Assembly (NCBI GenBank): GCA_001793235.1
Contig: MGHM01000014.1
Span: 3,857-67,856 of the forward strand
Length of the DNA: 64,000 nucleotides
Source of the DNA: Candidatus Woesebacteria bacterium RIFCSPLOWO2_01_FULL_44_24b
GTDB taxonomy: Bacteria; Patescibacteriota; Microgenomatia; UBA8517
Direction: 5' to 3'
The notes beneath the pieces were generated by a model, which ran no database searches, was not told the origin of the DNA, and saw only the letters and a list, made by a program, of their open reading frames with translations. Positions 18,104 to 28,320 of the stretch are shown piece by piece. Each line of letters starts with the position of its first letter. Position 1 is the first letter of the stretch. The position numbers were made by a program, and so were the translations under genes.

Positions 18104-19252
18104 CGGCCCCCAATCGGAGATCGGCATCACGTTATTTGCAATAAAGGCCAAAGAAAAGAGGTAAACCGGGATTATTATTATGGCCATAATAATTTTGAAC
18201 TCACGCGATGCGAGCTCTTTGGAAAAAGCTACGAAAATAAATGGCAATATTGGCAGAGCATAGCGTACAATGTCACGGTGCGAAACAAAAAATACACTTA
18301 CAATAAATATACCCGTAAACCAGGCAAGAACTGTCTGTTTTTTCTTTATGAGTTTAAGTAAGCCGAATAAGCACAACACATAAACAAAGATTATTTCTTC
18401 CAGCCAGTGTGTATTCACCCATGGTTGGGAGTAGTTAAAAATCTGAAATGGCGGAAATAACAGGTGAATATTGTCCCCTGAGTTAAAATAGGCTAAGAAG
18501 TTACCGAATTTTAGGTAATAAAAATAAAAAAGACTCAACAACGAGAGCGGAATCAGGATAATCGGGTAAGCTTTATATTCTATACTTTTCACCCATTTCA
18601 CGAAATTATGATTAGTGGCTAAACCGGCTAATTTTGGAATAATTAATGCTCCAATATATGCAATAAATAACAGTATTCCGGGAGATTTTGTTAGCTGCGC
18701 GACTACTCCCCATATTGCAGCCAGCCAGAATTGCTTTTTGCCGAAATGGTAGACCGAAGCAAGTATTGCGCCAACAAACAATGGTTCCGGGGAACCAACC
18801 GTACGCACTATGAGCCAACGAGCGGGGAATATAGAGAACACTGCCACAAGCCACAATGCGTCCTTTTTTGAAACATACCGCTTAATAAACATATAGAAGT
18901 AATAAATTGTGATGGTTGAGCCCGCTAGAGTGGCCAATAACATGCCCCAGGGGTACCCCACAAGAGAAGCAAAAAGCCTGATAATCATGGGATAAACTGG
19001 AAAATGGGCTGCGTAGTACTCTAAAGGGAGTGAGAAAGAAAAGTTTTCTGCGATGTAGGGGAGATTATATAGGCTTTTAGCGACTGCAATATAGAGTGGC
19101 CCGTCGTAGTTAGCGGCTATTATCTGCATACCCCCTTCAGGAATTTGGACACCAAGTACTTCCGGAGTTCTGGAGAAAAATGGGAACCACAGACAAACTA
19201 CAGGCACAACAGCCAGCGCTATCAAGTAGATTGCGAGCTTAAAGGTCTTCAT
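18095..19252 (-). CDS. GT-C mannosyltransferase-like protein (PIG-V/Mannosyl_trans2-like)
   Basis: ANYDGPLYIAVA, AHFPVYP, SPEPLF, LTKSPG, DIVRY; about 10 TMs. Confidence 0.72.
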   Translation of the reverse strand: MKTFKLAIYLIALAVVPVVCLWFPFFSRTPEVLGVQIPEGGMQIIAANYDGPLYIAVAKSLYNLPYIAENFSFSLPLEYYAAHFPVYPMIIRLFASLVGYPWGMLLATLAGSTITIYYFYMFIKRYVSKKDALWLVAVFSIFPARWLIVRTVGSPEPLFVGAILASVYHFGKKQFWLAAIWGVVAQLTKSPGILLFIAYIGALIIPKLAGLATNHNFVKWVKSIEYKAYPIILIPLSLLSLFYFYYLKFGNFLAYFNSGDNIHLLFPPFQIFNYSQPWVNTHWLEEIIFVYVLCLFGLLKLIKKKQTVLAWFTGIFIVSVFFVSHRDIVRYALPILPFIFVAFSKELASREFKIIMAIIIIPVYLFSLAFIANNVMPISDWGPLL

Positions 19253-19274
19253 TTATGATAACATTGGTCAATAT

Positions 19275-19976
19275 ATGGTGCTCACGAGTTTATCCGTATT
19301 TTTTCCAGCTTACAACGAGGAAGGCCGTATTGCAATGACCGTGGAGCATGCACTCAAAACTATCCCGAGAATTGCCAAAAAATGGGAAGTACTTTTAATT
19401 GATGATGGTTCATCCGACAGTACGGGCAAAATAATTGACAAACTTGCAAAAAACAAGAACGTACGGGCCATTCATCACATGATCAATAGAGGATATGGGG
19501 GTGCCTTTAAAAGCGGACTCTACGGCGCAAAGTATAGCTGGATAGCTTTTACAGATTCTGATGGGCAATTTGATTTTTCTGAAATTAAGAATTTCATAAA
19601 AAAACAAAAGGAGTCCAACGCCGACATAGTAATTGGGTACTACAAAAAACGTCAGGTCGGTAAAGTCAAAATAATCACCTCCAAAATGTGGGAATACCTG
19701 GTTTTTATACTGTTTGGCCTTAAAGTTCGGGATATTGATTGTGGTTTTAAGTTGATTTCTAAAAAAGTTGTTGACGGGATTCCTGACCTGGAAAGTGAGC
19801 GGGGGGCTTTTATTTCAAGCGAGTTTCTGATAAAGGCAAAAAAGAAAGGTTTTAAAATTGTAGAGATCCCGGTTACTCATTACCCGAGAGAAGTCGGAGT
19901 TGGAACCGGGCGCAACCTCAAGGTAATTGTTGGCAGTTTTAAAGATTTATTCAGACTTTGGGTAAAGTTACAGTAG
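19275..19976 (+). CDS. Polyprenol-phosphate sugar synthase-like GT2
   Basis: PAYNEE, DDGSSD, NRGYGGA, FTDSDGQF, DIDCGFKL, EIPVTHYPR. Confidence 0.88.
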   Translation: MVLTSLSVFFPAYNEEGRIAMTVEHALKTIPRIAKKWEVLLIDDGSSDSTGKIIDKLAKNKNVRAIHHMINRGYGGAFKSGLYGAKYSWIAFTDSDGQFDFSEIKNFIKKQKESNADIVIGYYKKRQVGKVKIITSKMWEYLVFILFGLKVRDIDCGFKLISKKVVDGIPDLESERGAFISSEFLIKAKKKGFKIVEIPVTHYPREVGVGTGRNLKVIVGSFKDLFRLWVKLQ

Positions 19977-19977
19977 C

Positions 19978-21519
19978 ATGCAGAATGTAGTAAGTAGACT
20001 GGGTGAATGGATTAAGAAAAACAAAGTTGAGTTTATAATTCTTACCGTAATTCTCATTTTGGGAGCGTTTTTGCGTCTCTTTAAGATTGACGAATATATG
20101 ACCTTTTTAGGTGATGAAGGCCGGGATGTAATAATCGTTCGGCGCTTCTTGGTTTATGGTGACATATTCTTAATTGGCCCTGGGACTTCAATTGGGAATA
20201 TGTATCTGGGGCCATTGTATTACTATTTGATGGCTCCGGTCTTGTGGCTCGGAAATTTCTCGCCCGTTGCGCCGGCGGCTATGATTGCGCTCCTGGGGGT
20301 GACGACTGTTGCCTTTGTTTGGTATATAGCCCGGGAGTGGTTTGGAAAAAATGCTGCCTTCATCGCTGCTTTACTTTATGCTATTGCCCCAACAGTAATT
20401 ATTTACTCCCGCTCTTCCTGGAACCCAAACATCATGCCGTTTTTCTCGTTGTTGTGCATTTTTGCCATCTGGCGGGTTGTTACAACTAAAAAACTTTTTT
20501 GGCTACCAATTCTTGGCATCTCTTATGCTTTCGTTTTACAGTCCCACTACCTGGGGTTGCTTTTAGCTCCAACTCTCGCCGTTTTTTGGCTGTATGCTTT
20601 CTGGCTATTTAGGAAAGATAAGAAATTAAGAAGCTATATACTATATACAATATTCGCTATACTACTTTTTGCAGGTTTAATGTCCCCGCTTGTGATCTTC
20701 GACTCTCGCCACGACTGGCGCAATTTTGATGCCATTAAGAAGTTTTTTACCGAGCGCCAGGCCACCGTTTCCGCACGACCATGGAACGCTTTTCCGAGCC
20801 TCTGGCCGCTAACGCAGGAAATTTCCGCGCGCCTCCTTGCAGGCAGAAATGAAATTTTAGGTTCGTGGGCGGCTCTTGCGGTTTTGGGTGGGGTCACACT
20901 TGTCATGAAAGAGGCAAGGAAGCTTAACAAGACCACTTTTCTTGCGTTTACACTTCTCATTCTGTGGCTTGCAACCGCTCTGGTCGGTTTAGGACTTTAT
21001 AAACAGGAAATTTATGATCATTATTACGGGTTTTTCTTTGCAGCCCCGTTTATTCTTTTGGGGGGTTTGGCGGGGCATTTGATAAATAAAGCCAAGATTC
21101 GCGGTTGGTGGATAGTGGGTTTTTTCCTAGTGTTTCTCGTTTATTTCAACTTTTTAGATAATCCGCTGAACTACCCACCCAACAGACAACTGGCGCGGAC
21201 CATGGAAGTCGCTCGAAAAATTGAAGTTGAGTCCGCGGGAAATAAATTTAATTTAGCCGTGATTGCTGAGCGAAATTATGAAGATGCTTATCAGTATTTC
21301 CTTGAGGCTTGGGGTACGGGAGTTACCGACATCGACCCGTTGAAATATCAAGAAACTATTACCAAGCAACTTTTCGTAGTTTGCGAGTTGTCCGAGGAGA
21401 AATGCGACCCGACACATAACTCAAAGACAGAAGTTGCGAATTTTGGCTGGAGTGAAATTGCAGAAAAATGGGAGATATCTGGGGTAATATTGTATAAGCT
21501 GGTGCATGTCGAAATCTAA
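19978..21519 (+). CDS. GT-C membrane glycosyltransferase (ArnT-like, D[EQ]GRD subfamily)
   Basis: FLGDEGRD, LIGPGTS, LGPLYYY, SRSSWNPN; about 12 TMs. Confidence 0.83.
   Translation: MQNVVSRLGEWIKKNKVEFIILTVILILGAFLRLFKIDEYMTFLGDEGRDVIIVRRFLVYGDIFLIGPGTSIGNMYLGPLYYYLMAPVLWLGNFSPVAPAAMIALLGVTTVAFVWYIAREWFGKNAAFIAALLYAIAPTVIIYSRSSWNPNIMPFFSLLCIFAIWRVVTTKKLFWLPILGISYAFVLQSHYLGLLLAPTLAVFWLYAFWLFRKDKKLRSYILYTIFAILLFAGLMSPLVIFDSRHDWRNFDAIKKFFTERQATVSARPWNAFPSLWPLTQEISARLLAGRNEILGSWAALAVLGGVTLVMKEARKLNKTTFLAFTLLILWLATALVGLGLYKQEIYDHYYGFFFAAPFILLGGLAGHLINKAKIRGWWIVGFFLVFLVYFNFLDNPLNYPPNRQLARTMEVARKIEVESAGNKFNLAVIAERNYEDAYQYFLEAWGTGVTDIDPLKYQETITKQLFVVCELSEEKCDPTHNSKTEVANFGWSEIAEKWEISGVILYKLVHVEI
20634..20668. 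repeat. Degenerate heptamer repeat inside a GT-C gene
   Basis: ctatata ctatata caatatt cgctata ctacttt; encodes SYILYTIFAILL. Confidence 0.55.
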
Positions 21520-21549
21520 GAACAAAAGTGCTATTATACTCCGAATGTC

Positions 21550-22533
21550 ATGACGTACAAGCAGTCTTTGGAAATACTGGATAAAATCAAGGCGGCCAGG
21601 CGGGTTTTGGTTAATTGCCATCAAAGGCCGGACGTGGACTCTATTAGTAGCGCCCTTTCGATGTGTGTGGCACTCAAACAAATGGGCAAGGAAGTCAAGG
21701 TGATTTGCCCGGATGATAAACTCCCTGAACTAAGCTTTCTCTCCTGCTTTAATGAATTTGAGAAAATTGACTATAACACTTTTGATTTTTCCAAGTACGA
21801 TCTGTTTATGGTTCTCGACTCCGCTTCCCCGGAAGTTGTCACCGGGAGCAAAACCATACCCCTGCCGGAAATCGAGACAGTTGTTATTGACCACCATCAT
21901 ACAAGCATTGAGTTTGGAAAGATCAACTTGATAGATGCTGAGCGCTCTGCCACGACTGAGCTTCTTTATCTTCTTTTTGAGGATTGGAACATTGATATCA
22001 CCAAGGAACTTGCAACATCGCTTTTGACCGGAATTCTTGGGGATACTGGTGCATTCGAGTACCACAACACTACTCCAAGAACTCTCCAGATTGCAGCCGA
22101 CTTAATGAGCCTCGGGGCAGATAAAGATGGGATTCTTCTTAAGATATTCAGGAGCAAACAGATGAACCTTCTTAAGTTTTGGGGCAAGGTGCTTGATAAG
22201 CTTGAGGTTGACGCGAGTGGAAAGTTCACCTGGTGCGCAATTCCTTATAGTGTTTATAGTGCGTTGGGGGAGCCGCAAACCGCTCGCGAGTCCGCAAGTT
22301 CACTATTCAGCCGAATGATTGAAGGAACGGAGTTTGGCATTGTCATGCTTGAAGAGTCACCCGGGGAACTCAGGGCGTCATTTCGTGCCAGAAGCACGGG
22401 CTTTGATGTTTCAAAAATTGCGACAGCACTTGGAGGAGGTGGACATGCCGGTGCCGCAGGAGTAACAGTTATAAACGGCAGCTTTGGTGATTCTGTAAAG
22501 AAGGTTGTCGAAACTGCAAGAAGATTTGTATGA
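21550..22533 (+). CDS. DHH/DHHA1 phosphoesterase (NrnA-like), paralog 1
   Basis: HQRPDVDS, LDSAS, IDHH, GDTG, SFRAR, GGGGH. Confidence 0.92.
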   Translation: MTYKQSLEILDKIKAARRVLVNCHQRPDVDSISSALSMCVALKQMGKEVKVICPDDKLPELSFLSCFNEFEKIDYNTFDFSKYDLFMVLDSASPEVVTGSKTIPLPEIETVVIDHHHTSIEFGKINLIDAERSATTELLYLLFEDWNIDITKELATSLLTGILGDTGAFEYHNTTPRTLQIAADLMSLGADKDGILLKIFRSKQMNLLKFWGKVLDKLEVDASGKFTWCAIPYSVYSALGEPQTARESASSLFSRMIEGTEFGIVMLEESPGELRASFRARSTGFDVSKIATALGGGGHAGAAGVTVINGSFGDSVKKVVETARRFV

Positions 22534-23510
22534 TTTACAAAGAATCCAAAGCCATACTTCAGTCTATTAAACAGGCTAAAAAAATATTAATCACAAGTCA
22601 TAAGGAGCCAGATGAAGATTCGACTGGGTCGATTCTAGCCCTTAATTTGGCGCTTAAGAAGATGGGGATTTCCTCTGGCTTAATTTGCAAAGATAAGGCT
22701 CCAGAGAATTTAGAATTTCTTCCAAATATTAAGAAAATTGAATTGGTTAATTTCAAAACATTTGACTTTTCTCGATATGATTTAATGATAATACTCGATT
22801 CTTCTTCTTGGGGAATGGTGGTGGGTAGCGAGCTGAAGGACAAAAGCCCGAATATCCCAACAATAGTGATTGATCATCACGCTTCGAACCAGGCATATGG
22901 CAAATTGAATCTGATAGATATAAATGCGACTTCGGTATGCGAGATAGTTTATAAAATATTGTTTGACTGGGGTGTAAAACTTGATAAAGACATCGCGGGT
23001 AATTTGTTAGCAGGCATAACTGGTGACACTGGAAGTTTTAGATATCCATTTGTGTCTGCAGAGACATTTGAAATTGCAGCTAAGTTAATGAAAGCCGGTG
23101 CCGATCGCGACAAAATAATTTACAACTTGCTTTTTAGTGTTGAGCTTAAGGAACTGAAGTATTTATCTGAAGTTTTGAAAGAGGCGACAATCGATAAAAA
23201 AAATAAAATTATTTGGGCAGCTATACCATACAGTAAGTATGTAAAGCTCGGCAAACCGGAAGGTTCCGGGTTTGCTGGTGCATTCTTTCAAACTGTAAAA
23301 GGCACTAAGATTGGTGTTTTTATGGTTGAGAAAGAAAAGGATGTTGTTGATGTTAGTTTTCGAGCAAGGGACAAAATTGACGTTTCTAAAATTTCTGTTT
23401 CTCTCGGCGGCGGCGGGCATAAAAAGGCGGCCGGTGTGACTATTAGAAGTATGAAATTTGAGGAAGCAGTGGAGCTGGTTCTTGCAACTGCAAGAAAATA
23501 TGTAAAATAA
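22530..23510 (+). CDS. DHH/DHHA1 phosphoesterase (NrnA-like), paralog 2
   Basis: HKEPDEDS, LDSSS, IDHH, GDTGSF, SFRAR, GGGGH. Confidence 0.92.
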   Translation: MIYKESKAILQSIKQAKKILITSHKEPDEDSTGSILALNLALKKMGISSGLICKDKAPENLEFLPNIKKIELVNFKTFDFSRYDLMIILDSSSWGMVVGSELKDKSPNIPTIVIDHHASNQAYGKLNLIDINATSVCEIVYKILFDWGVKLDKDIAGNLLAGITGDTGSFRYPFVSAETFEIAAKLMKAGADRDKIIYNLLFSVELKELKYLSEVLKEATIDKKNKIIWAAIPYSKYVKLGKPEGSGFAGAFFQTVKGTKIGVFMVEKEKDVVDVSFRARDKIDVSKISVSLGGGGHKKAAGVTIRSMKFEEAVELVLATARKYVK

Positions 23511-23527
23511 GCGATATAATTGTTCTA

Positions 23528-23923
23528 ATGAAGAGCAACAGGCTAACAGCGCAAATAATTAAGCCAATTGCGGAAGTTTTTGCTTTTACAATTGAGCCCA
23601 AGAATGCTTCAAGATGGATGCCCGATGTAGTAGCCGGGGATAGAAGCGACTGGCAGCTTAAAGCCGGGAGCACGTATAGGTTGCAATATAAAAACGGTGA
23701 GTGGAAAGATTTTGATGTAGTTGATTCAGATCTAAATAAGATCTTTGAACTCCAGTCACGGGATGGGAATTACCATATACGTTACTCCTTCAAACCAATA
23801 AATAGTTTTAAGACAGATATGGAATTTTTTGAGTGGGTTGATGATGGTGACATCGAGGTTCCCTTGACTAACCAAATCCTTACCAAGTTAAGGATGGCAA
23901 TAGAGCTCAAGAATATAAAATGA
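23528..23923 (+). CDS. SRPBCC/START-like (polyketide cyclase family) protein
   Basis: IIKPIAEVFAFTIEPKNASRW, GSTYR, C-terminal helix LTKLRMAIE. Confidence 0.75.
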   Translation: MKSNRLTAQIIKPIAEVFAFTIEPKNASRWMPDVVAGDRSDWQLKAGSTYRLQYKNGEWKDFDVVDSDLNKIFELQSRDGNYHIRYSFKPINSFKTDMEFFEWVDDGDIEVPLTNQILTKLRMAIELKNIK

Positions 23924-24555
23924 TAAATCCAAATTTTGTTATCGTTGGAGTAATTCTTCAGGTTGTCGGGAGCTATTCATATTTAGTTGACACCTTAAAG
24001 GGTAAAGTAAAACCCAATCGAGTATCCTGGCTTTTATGGTCTATTGCTCCATTGGTTGCCTTCGCCGCCGAGATTTCCCGAGGGGTTGGAATTCAGTCCT
24101 TAACAACATTCGTGGTAGGTTTTGTTCCGTTAATAATTTTTATCGCTTCGTTTGTTAACAAAAAATCTGAATGGCAACTGACACGTTTTGATATTATTTG
24201 TGGAGCACTGTCAACCCTAGGTATAATCCTTTGGTTTATTACAAAAGACGCGAACATTGCGATCTTGTTTGCGGTATTGGCAGATGGCTTGGCAGCCCTT
24301 CCGACAATAGTTAAGTCCTATGAGTACCCTGAATCTGAAAATTCAACCATATTTTTGTTTGGTGCAGTAAATGCGGCAATTGGCTTACTTGCAATCCAAA
24401 TTTGGAACTTTGAGCATTTCGCGTTCCCCTTATATCTTTTGGTAGTTAATTCTGTTCTTGTTCTTTTAATTAAGTATAAATTCGGCAAATCTAAGTTTCT
24501 TCTACCATTAGATTCATATATTAGAGAGATTTACGGGAAAAGAAATAGAATTTAA
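23920..24555 (+). CDS. 7-TM membrane protein with PQ-loop/SWEET-like internal repeat
   Basis: YLVDTLKGKVKPNRVSWLLW and LPTIVKSYEYPESEN half-repeats. Confidence 0.55.
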   Translation: MINPNFVIVGVILQVVGSYSYLVDTLKGKVKPNRVSWLLWSIAPLVAFAAEISRGVGIQSLTTFVVGFVPLIIFIASFVNKKSEWQLTRFDIICGALSTLGIILWFITKDANIAILFAVLADGLAALPTIVKSYEYPESENSTIFLFGAVNAAIGLLAIQIWNFEHFAFPLYLLVVNSVLVLLIKYKFGKSKFLLPLDSYIREIYGKRNRI

Positions 24556-24560
24556 CTATA

Positions 24561-25553
24561 GTGAATTATCCAGAATCCCAGGCCATAAAGCAAAAGATTG
24601 ATTCCTCACAAAAAATCTTAGTGAATATGCACCACAATTCGGATGCGGACTCTGTGGGAAGTGCTGTTGCTATGGCGAGGGTACTTAAATATTTTAAGAA
24701 AGATGTAAAGATAATTGCTCCAACTGAAATCCCCAAGAATTTAGAGTTCTTGTTGACGGAACAAGCGGTCAATGTAGTTAATTTTAGTGAGTTTGATTTT
24801 TCTATTTATGATTTATTTATAACACTTGATTCTTCAAGCTTTAGTCGCGTTGCCGGCTCACACAGCGTAAAACAGCCCGAACTTTCACTGATAAATATTG
24901 ATCATCATGTGAGTAACCAAAAGTTTGGGGAAATAAACTTGGTTGTTCCTGATGCCGCCGCCAACTGCGAGGTTTTATTTTATTTATTTAAAGATTGGGG
25001 AGTGGAAATAAAAGACGCCGAGGAGGCTTTGCTTACCGGAATTATAGGAGACACAGGAGCTTTTCGCTTTCCTGAGGCTGGTGGGTCCACTTTTGAAGCC
25101 GCAAGTCAGCTTATGAAGTTTGCTGATAAAAATAAAATTATATTCAATTTATATCAGTCTTTTGAGGAAAATCATGTTATGGTTTGGAAGGGGATTCTTG
25201 ATAACTTAAAAATTGACCACGAGCACCGGTTTGTTTATTCATTTGTTCGAAAGGAAGTTTTGGAGAAATATGGCAAGCCCTTTAACGCCAAAAGCGAGCT
25301 TGCAGATATGATTTTCCAGTCAATTGAAGGTACTGACTTTGGCTTGGTCGGAGCCGAAGATGAAGGTTATATTTCGGTAAGTTTTAGAAGCAGGACAGGC
25401 GTGGACGTGAGCCGTCTTGCAGGAATGCTGGGTGGCGGCGGGCACGCGTGGGCAGCGGCAGCGAGGGTAGATGTAGTAAACTATGATAATGCGGTTGAGC
25501 AAATACTTGGAGAAGCTAGGGAGTTCGCTAAGGGCGGAAGTACTAAGCCATAA
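24561..25553 (+). CDS. DHH/DHHA1 phosphoesterase (NrnA-like), paralog 3
   Basis: HHNSDADS, LDSSS, IDHH, GDTGAF, SFRSR, GGGGH; GTG start. Confidence 0.92.
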   Translation: MNYPESQAIKQKIDSSQKILVNMHHNSDADSVGSAVAMARVLKYFKKDVKIIAPTEIPKNLEFLLTEQAVNVVNFSEFDFSIYDLFITLDSSSFSRVAGSHSVKQPELSLINIDHHVSNQKFGEINLVVPDAAANCEVLFYLFKDWGVEIKDAEEALLTGIIGDTGAFRFPEAGGSTFEAASQLMKFADKNKIIFNLYQSFEENHVMVWKGILDNLKIDHEHRFVYSFVRKEVLEKYGKPFNAKSELADMIFQSIEGTDFGLVGAEDEGYISVSFRSRTGVDVSRLAGMLGGGGHAWAAAARVDVVNYDNAVEQILGEAREFAKGGSTKP

Positions 25554-27012
25554 ATTCGTATATCTTCTTCTTGGAGTAATTTTAGTTTTAGCCTTATTTA
25601 TCAGAGTTTATAACACTGGCAAAATTCTTGGTTTTTACTACGATCAAGGCCGAGACGCTTTGGAAATATGGGAACTGCTTCATAAAGGTGACGTTTTCCT
25701 CATTGGCCCGACAACCGGTATTGCCGGCATTTTTAGGGGGCCATATTATTACTACTTGATTGCGCCTCTATATTTACTCGGTGGGGGGGACCCGGTGCTT
25801 CCCGCAAATTTTCTCGCGTTTACTACTGTAATTGCCATCGCGTTAATTTATTATCTTGGCTTTAAGTTAAAAGACAGAACAACGGGGTTGTTTGCGGCTG
25901 CTATCGCCTCGTTTTCGTTTTATATAATGCTTGCATCCCGATGGCTGAGTAACCCCACGCCCATGCTATTACTCAGCATGTTGCTTCTTTGGGCACTTTT
26001 TGCAGTCAGTGAAGGAAAGAAATATGCTTGGATAGCGGTGTCGTTGCTGGCCGGGCTCTCCCTTTTCCACTTTGGCAGCTCCGGCGAGTTCTTCTATTTT
26101 CCAGCTATAGCTCTTTTTGCCGTTTGGCAAAAGAAACATTTTCCAAATGGGAAAATCATATTTTATTCAATAGTTGCCTTTGGCTTTACCGCAGCGCCTC
26201 TAATTTTATTCGATTTTAAGAATGACCATTTATTGTCAAGAAATATTTACTCATTTATCTTTGAAAAAGAAAGTTTTAAGACTAGTTTCATGCAAGTTCT
26301 GAGTGATCGCATTGACTTTTATCAATCAGTCTTTTGGGGTAGGTTATTTCCGGGTACAAGCAGATTAATTACTTTTAGTCTATTGACTGTAGGAGTTGGC
26401 TTTTTCTTGTATCTGCCTGATTTACTCAAAAATACGAAAGCTAAAATTCTAATGCTTATGTTGTTGTCCCCGATTGTAGGACTTTTGTTTTTCCAAGGAA
26501 ATGAAGGCAATATTTATGACTACTACATGACCGGATACTATTTGATATTTATATTACTTTTTGCGGTGATATTGGGTCATCTGTGGGGGAGTGTTGCAGG
26601 CAAGATCGTGGTTTTTATATTCTTTTATGCTTTCTTTACCATGAACCTGCCGATTGTGAAGGCTAAAATTACCGACAATGCAGATGGGCCAAATACAATT
26701 CTGTTTAGAAATCAGAAGCAGGCAATTGAATGGGTGTATGGGGACGCGAAGGAAGAGTTTAATGTTGACGTTTATGTGCCGCCAGTCATTCCATATGCAT
26801 ATGATTATTTGTTCACTTGGTATGAAGGCAAACCCGAGTATTCGGGCAAAGTGAGCGACAATCGCGAATTGTTGTATACACTTTACGAGGAGGACCCGCC
26901 TCATCCGGAGAGACTGGAAGCCTGGCTTGCCCGCCAGAAGGGCATAGCCGAGGTGGAATATGCCCAAAAGTTTGGGGGTATTACAGTGGAGAGGAGAAAG
27001 AGGGTAAAATAG
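25489..27012 (+). CDS. GT-C membrane glycosyltransferase (D[EQ]GRD subfamily)
   Basis: FYYDQGRD, LIGPTTG, FRGPYYYY, SRWLSNP. Start is 25483 or 25489. Confidence 0.83.
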   Translation: MRLSKYLEKLGSSLRAEVLSHKFVYLLLGVILVLALFIRVYNTGKILGFYYDQGRDALEIWELLHKGDVFLIGPTTGIAGIFRGPYYYYLIAPLYLLGGGDPVLPANFLAFTTVIAIALIYYLGFKLKDRTTGLFAAAIASFSFYIMLASRWLSNPTPMLLLSMLLLWALFAVSEGKKYAWIAVSLLAGLSLFHFGSSGEFFYFPAIALFAVWQKKHFPNGKIIFYSIVAFGFTAAPLILFDFKNDHLLSRNIYSFIFEKESFKTSFMQVLSDRIDFYQSVFWGRLFPGTSRLITFSLLTVGVGFFLYLPDLLKNTKAKILMLMLLSPIVGLLFFQGNEGNIYDYYMTGYYLIFILLFAVILGHLWGSVAGKIVVFIFFYAFFTMNLPIVKAKITDNADGPNTILFRNQKQAIEWVYGDAKEEFNVDVYVPPVIPYAYDYLFTWYEGKPEYSGKVSDNRELLYTLYEEDPPHPERLEAWLARQKGIAEVEYAQKFGGITVERRKRVK

Positions 27013-27015
27013 GGC

Positions 27016-27597
27016 ATGGCGAAGATTACAAGGCCTGCTCCCAAAAGAGCGATTCCACTTGAGGCGAAGCTAGTGTTTAAAGGCATTATTTATGAAGTTT
27101 ACCACTGGGAACAAGAGCTCTTTGATGGCACGAAGACCACTTTTGAAATGCTCAAACGCCCGGATACGGTTGAGATAATACCAATTACAAATGAAGGCAA
27201 AATCTTGATAAATTATGAGGAGCAGTCTGGCCTTGCACCGTTTATTTGTGTTCCTGGTGGGCGAGTGGATTATGGCGAAGACCCTGAGGCTGCAGCTAAA
27301 AGGGAGTTGTTGGAGGAGACCGGTTATGAAACCCATGACTTAGTATTGTGGAATGCAGCTCAACCCATGGAAAAGATTGATTGGGCGATATATATTTTTA
27401 TAGGTAAAAATTGCACAAAAGTTAATGATCCGACGTTGGAAGCGGGGGAGAAAATAGGAACGAAAGAAGTAAGTTTTGAAGAATTTGTGGAAATAGTACA
27501 GGATGATAATTTTCGAGACGAAGAAATATCACTAAGGATTTTGAAAGCGAAAGATAAGGGTAAACTAGATGAAATTAAAAGACTGTTTTTTGGTTAA
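27016..27597 (+). CDS. Nudix hydrolase (ADP-ribose/NDP-sugar pyrophosphatase-like)
   Basis: Complete Nudix box GGRVDYGEDPEAAAKRELLEETG. Confidence 0.9.
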   Translation: MAKITRPAPKRAIPLEAKLVFKGIIYEVYHWEQELFDGTKTTFEMLKRPDTVEIIPITNEGKILINYEEQSGLAPFICVPGGRVDYGEDPEAAAKRELLEETGYETHDLVLWNAAQPMEKIDWAIYIFIGKNCTKVNDPTLEAGEKIGTKEVSFEEFVEIVQDDNFRDEEISLRILKAKDKGKLDEIKRLFFG

Positions 27598-28320
27598 ATG
27601 AGAAATCCATATCTGTCTATTATAATCCCGGCGCATAATGAGGAGCGGAGGCTCCCTAAGGCTTTTCTTGCAATTGACGATTTTTTGAAAGGGCAGAAAT
27701 ATGCGGCGGAGGTTATAGTTGTAGAAAACGGCAGTCATGATGCTACCTCACAGGTAACTAGAAAGTTTGCCAAAAAATACAAATATATAAAACTTATTGA
27801 GGTTAGCACGCGTGGCAAAGGGCTTGCCGTAAAAGCCGGCATGCTTGCGGCAAAAGGGGAGTATAGGTTTATTTGCGATGCGGATTTATCGATGCCCATA
27901 GAAGAATTGCCTAAGTTTTTGCCTCCGGAGACAAAAGGTGTGGATGTTGCGATTGGAGTGAGGGAGGGGAAAGGGGCAAATAGAGTCGGCGAGCCCTTCA
28001 AGCGGCACCTAGTGGGTAGAGCTTTTAATTTGATTATTAAGCTGACTATTTTGCCAAGTTTTGAAGACACCCAATGCGGGTTTAAGATGTTTACAGCTGG
28101 TGCCGCAAAAGAGCTCTTTAGCATTCAGAAGTTGTCCGGAATTGGTTTTGATATAGAGCTTTTATATTTGGCTCGCAAGAAAAAATTAAAAGTAAAAGAA
28201 GTGCCAATCACTTGGTATTTTGATGCAGACAGCAGGATGAGGCTTATACAGGATTCCCTTAAAGCGCTTCTTGAAATCTGGCAAATCAGAAAAGCCTGGT
28301 GGACTGGGGGGTACAAGTGA
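27598..28320 (+). CDS. Dolichyl/polyprenyl-phosphate glucosyltransferase-like GT2 (ALG5-like)
   Basis: LSIIIPAHNEERRL, GKGLAVKAGM, CDADLS, DTQCGFKMF, FDIELL. Confidence 0.88.
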   Translation: MRNPYLSIIIPAHNEERRLPKAFLAIDDFLKGQKYAAEVIVVENGSHDATSQVTRKFAKKYKYIKLIEVSTRGKGLAVKAGMLAAKGEYRFICDADLSMPIEELPKFLPPETKGVDVAIGVREGKGANRVGEPFKRHLVGRAFNLIIKLTILPSFEDTQCGFKMFTAGAAKELFSIQKLSGIGFDIELLYLARKKKLKVKEVPITWYFDADSRMRLIQDSLKALLEIWQIRKAWWTGGYK

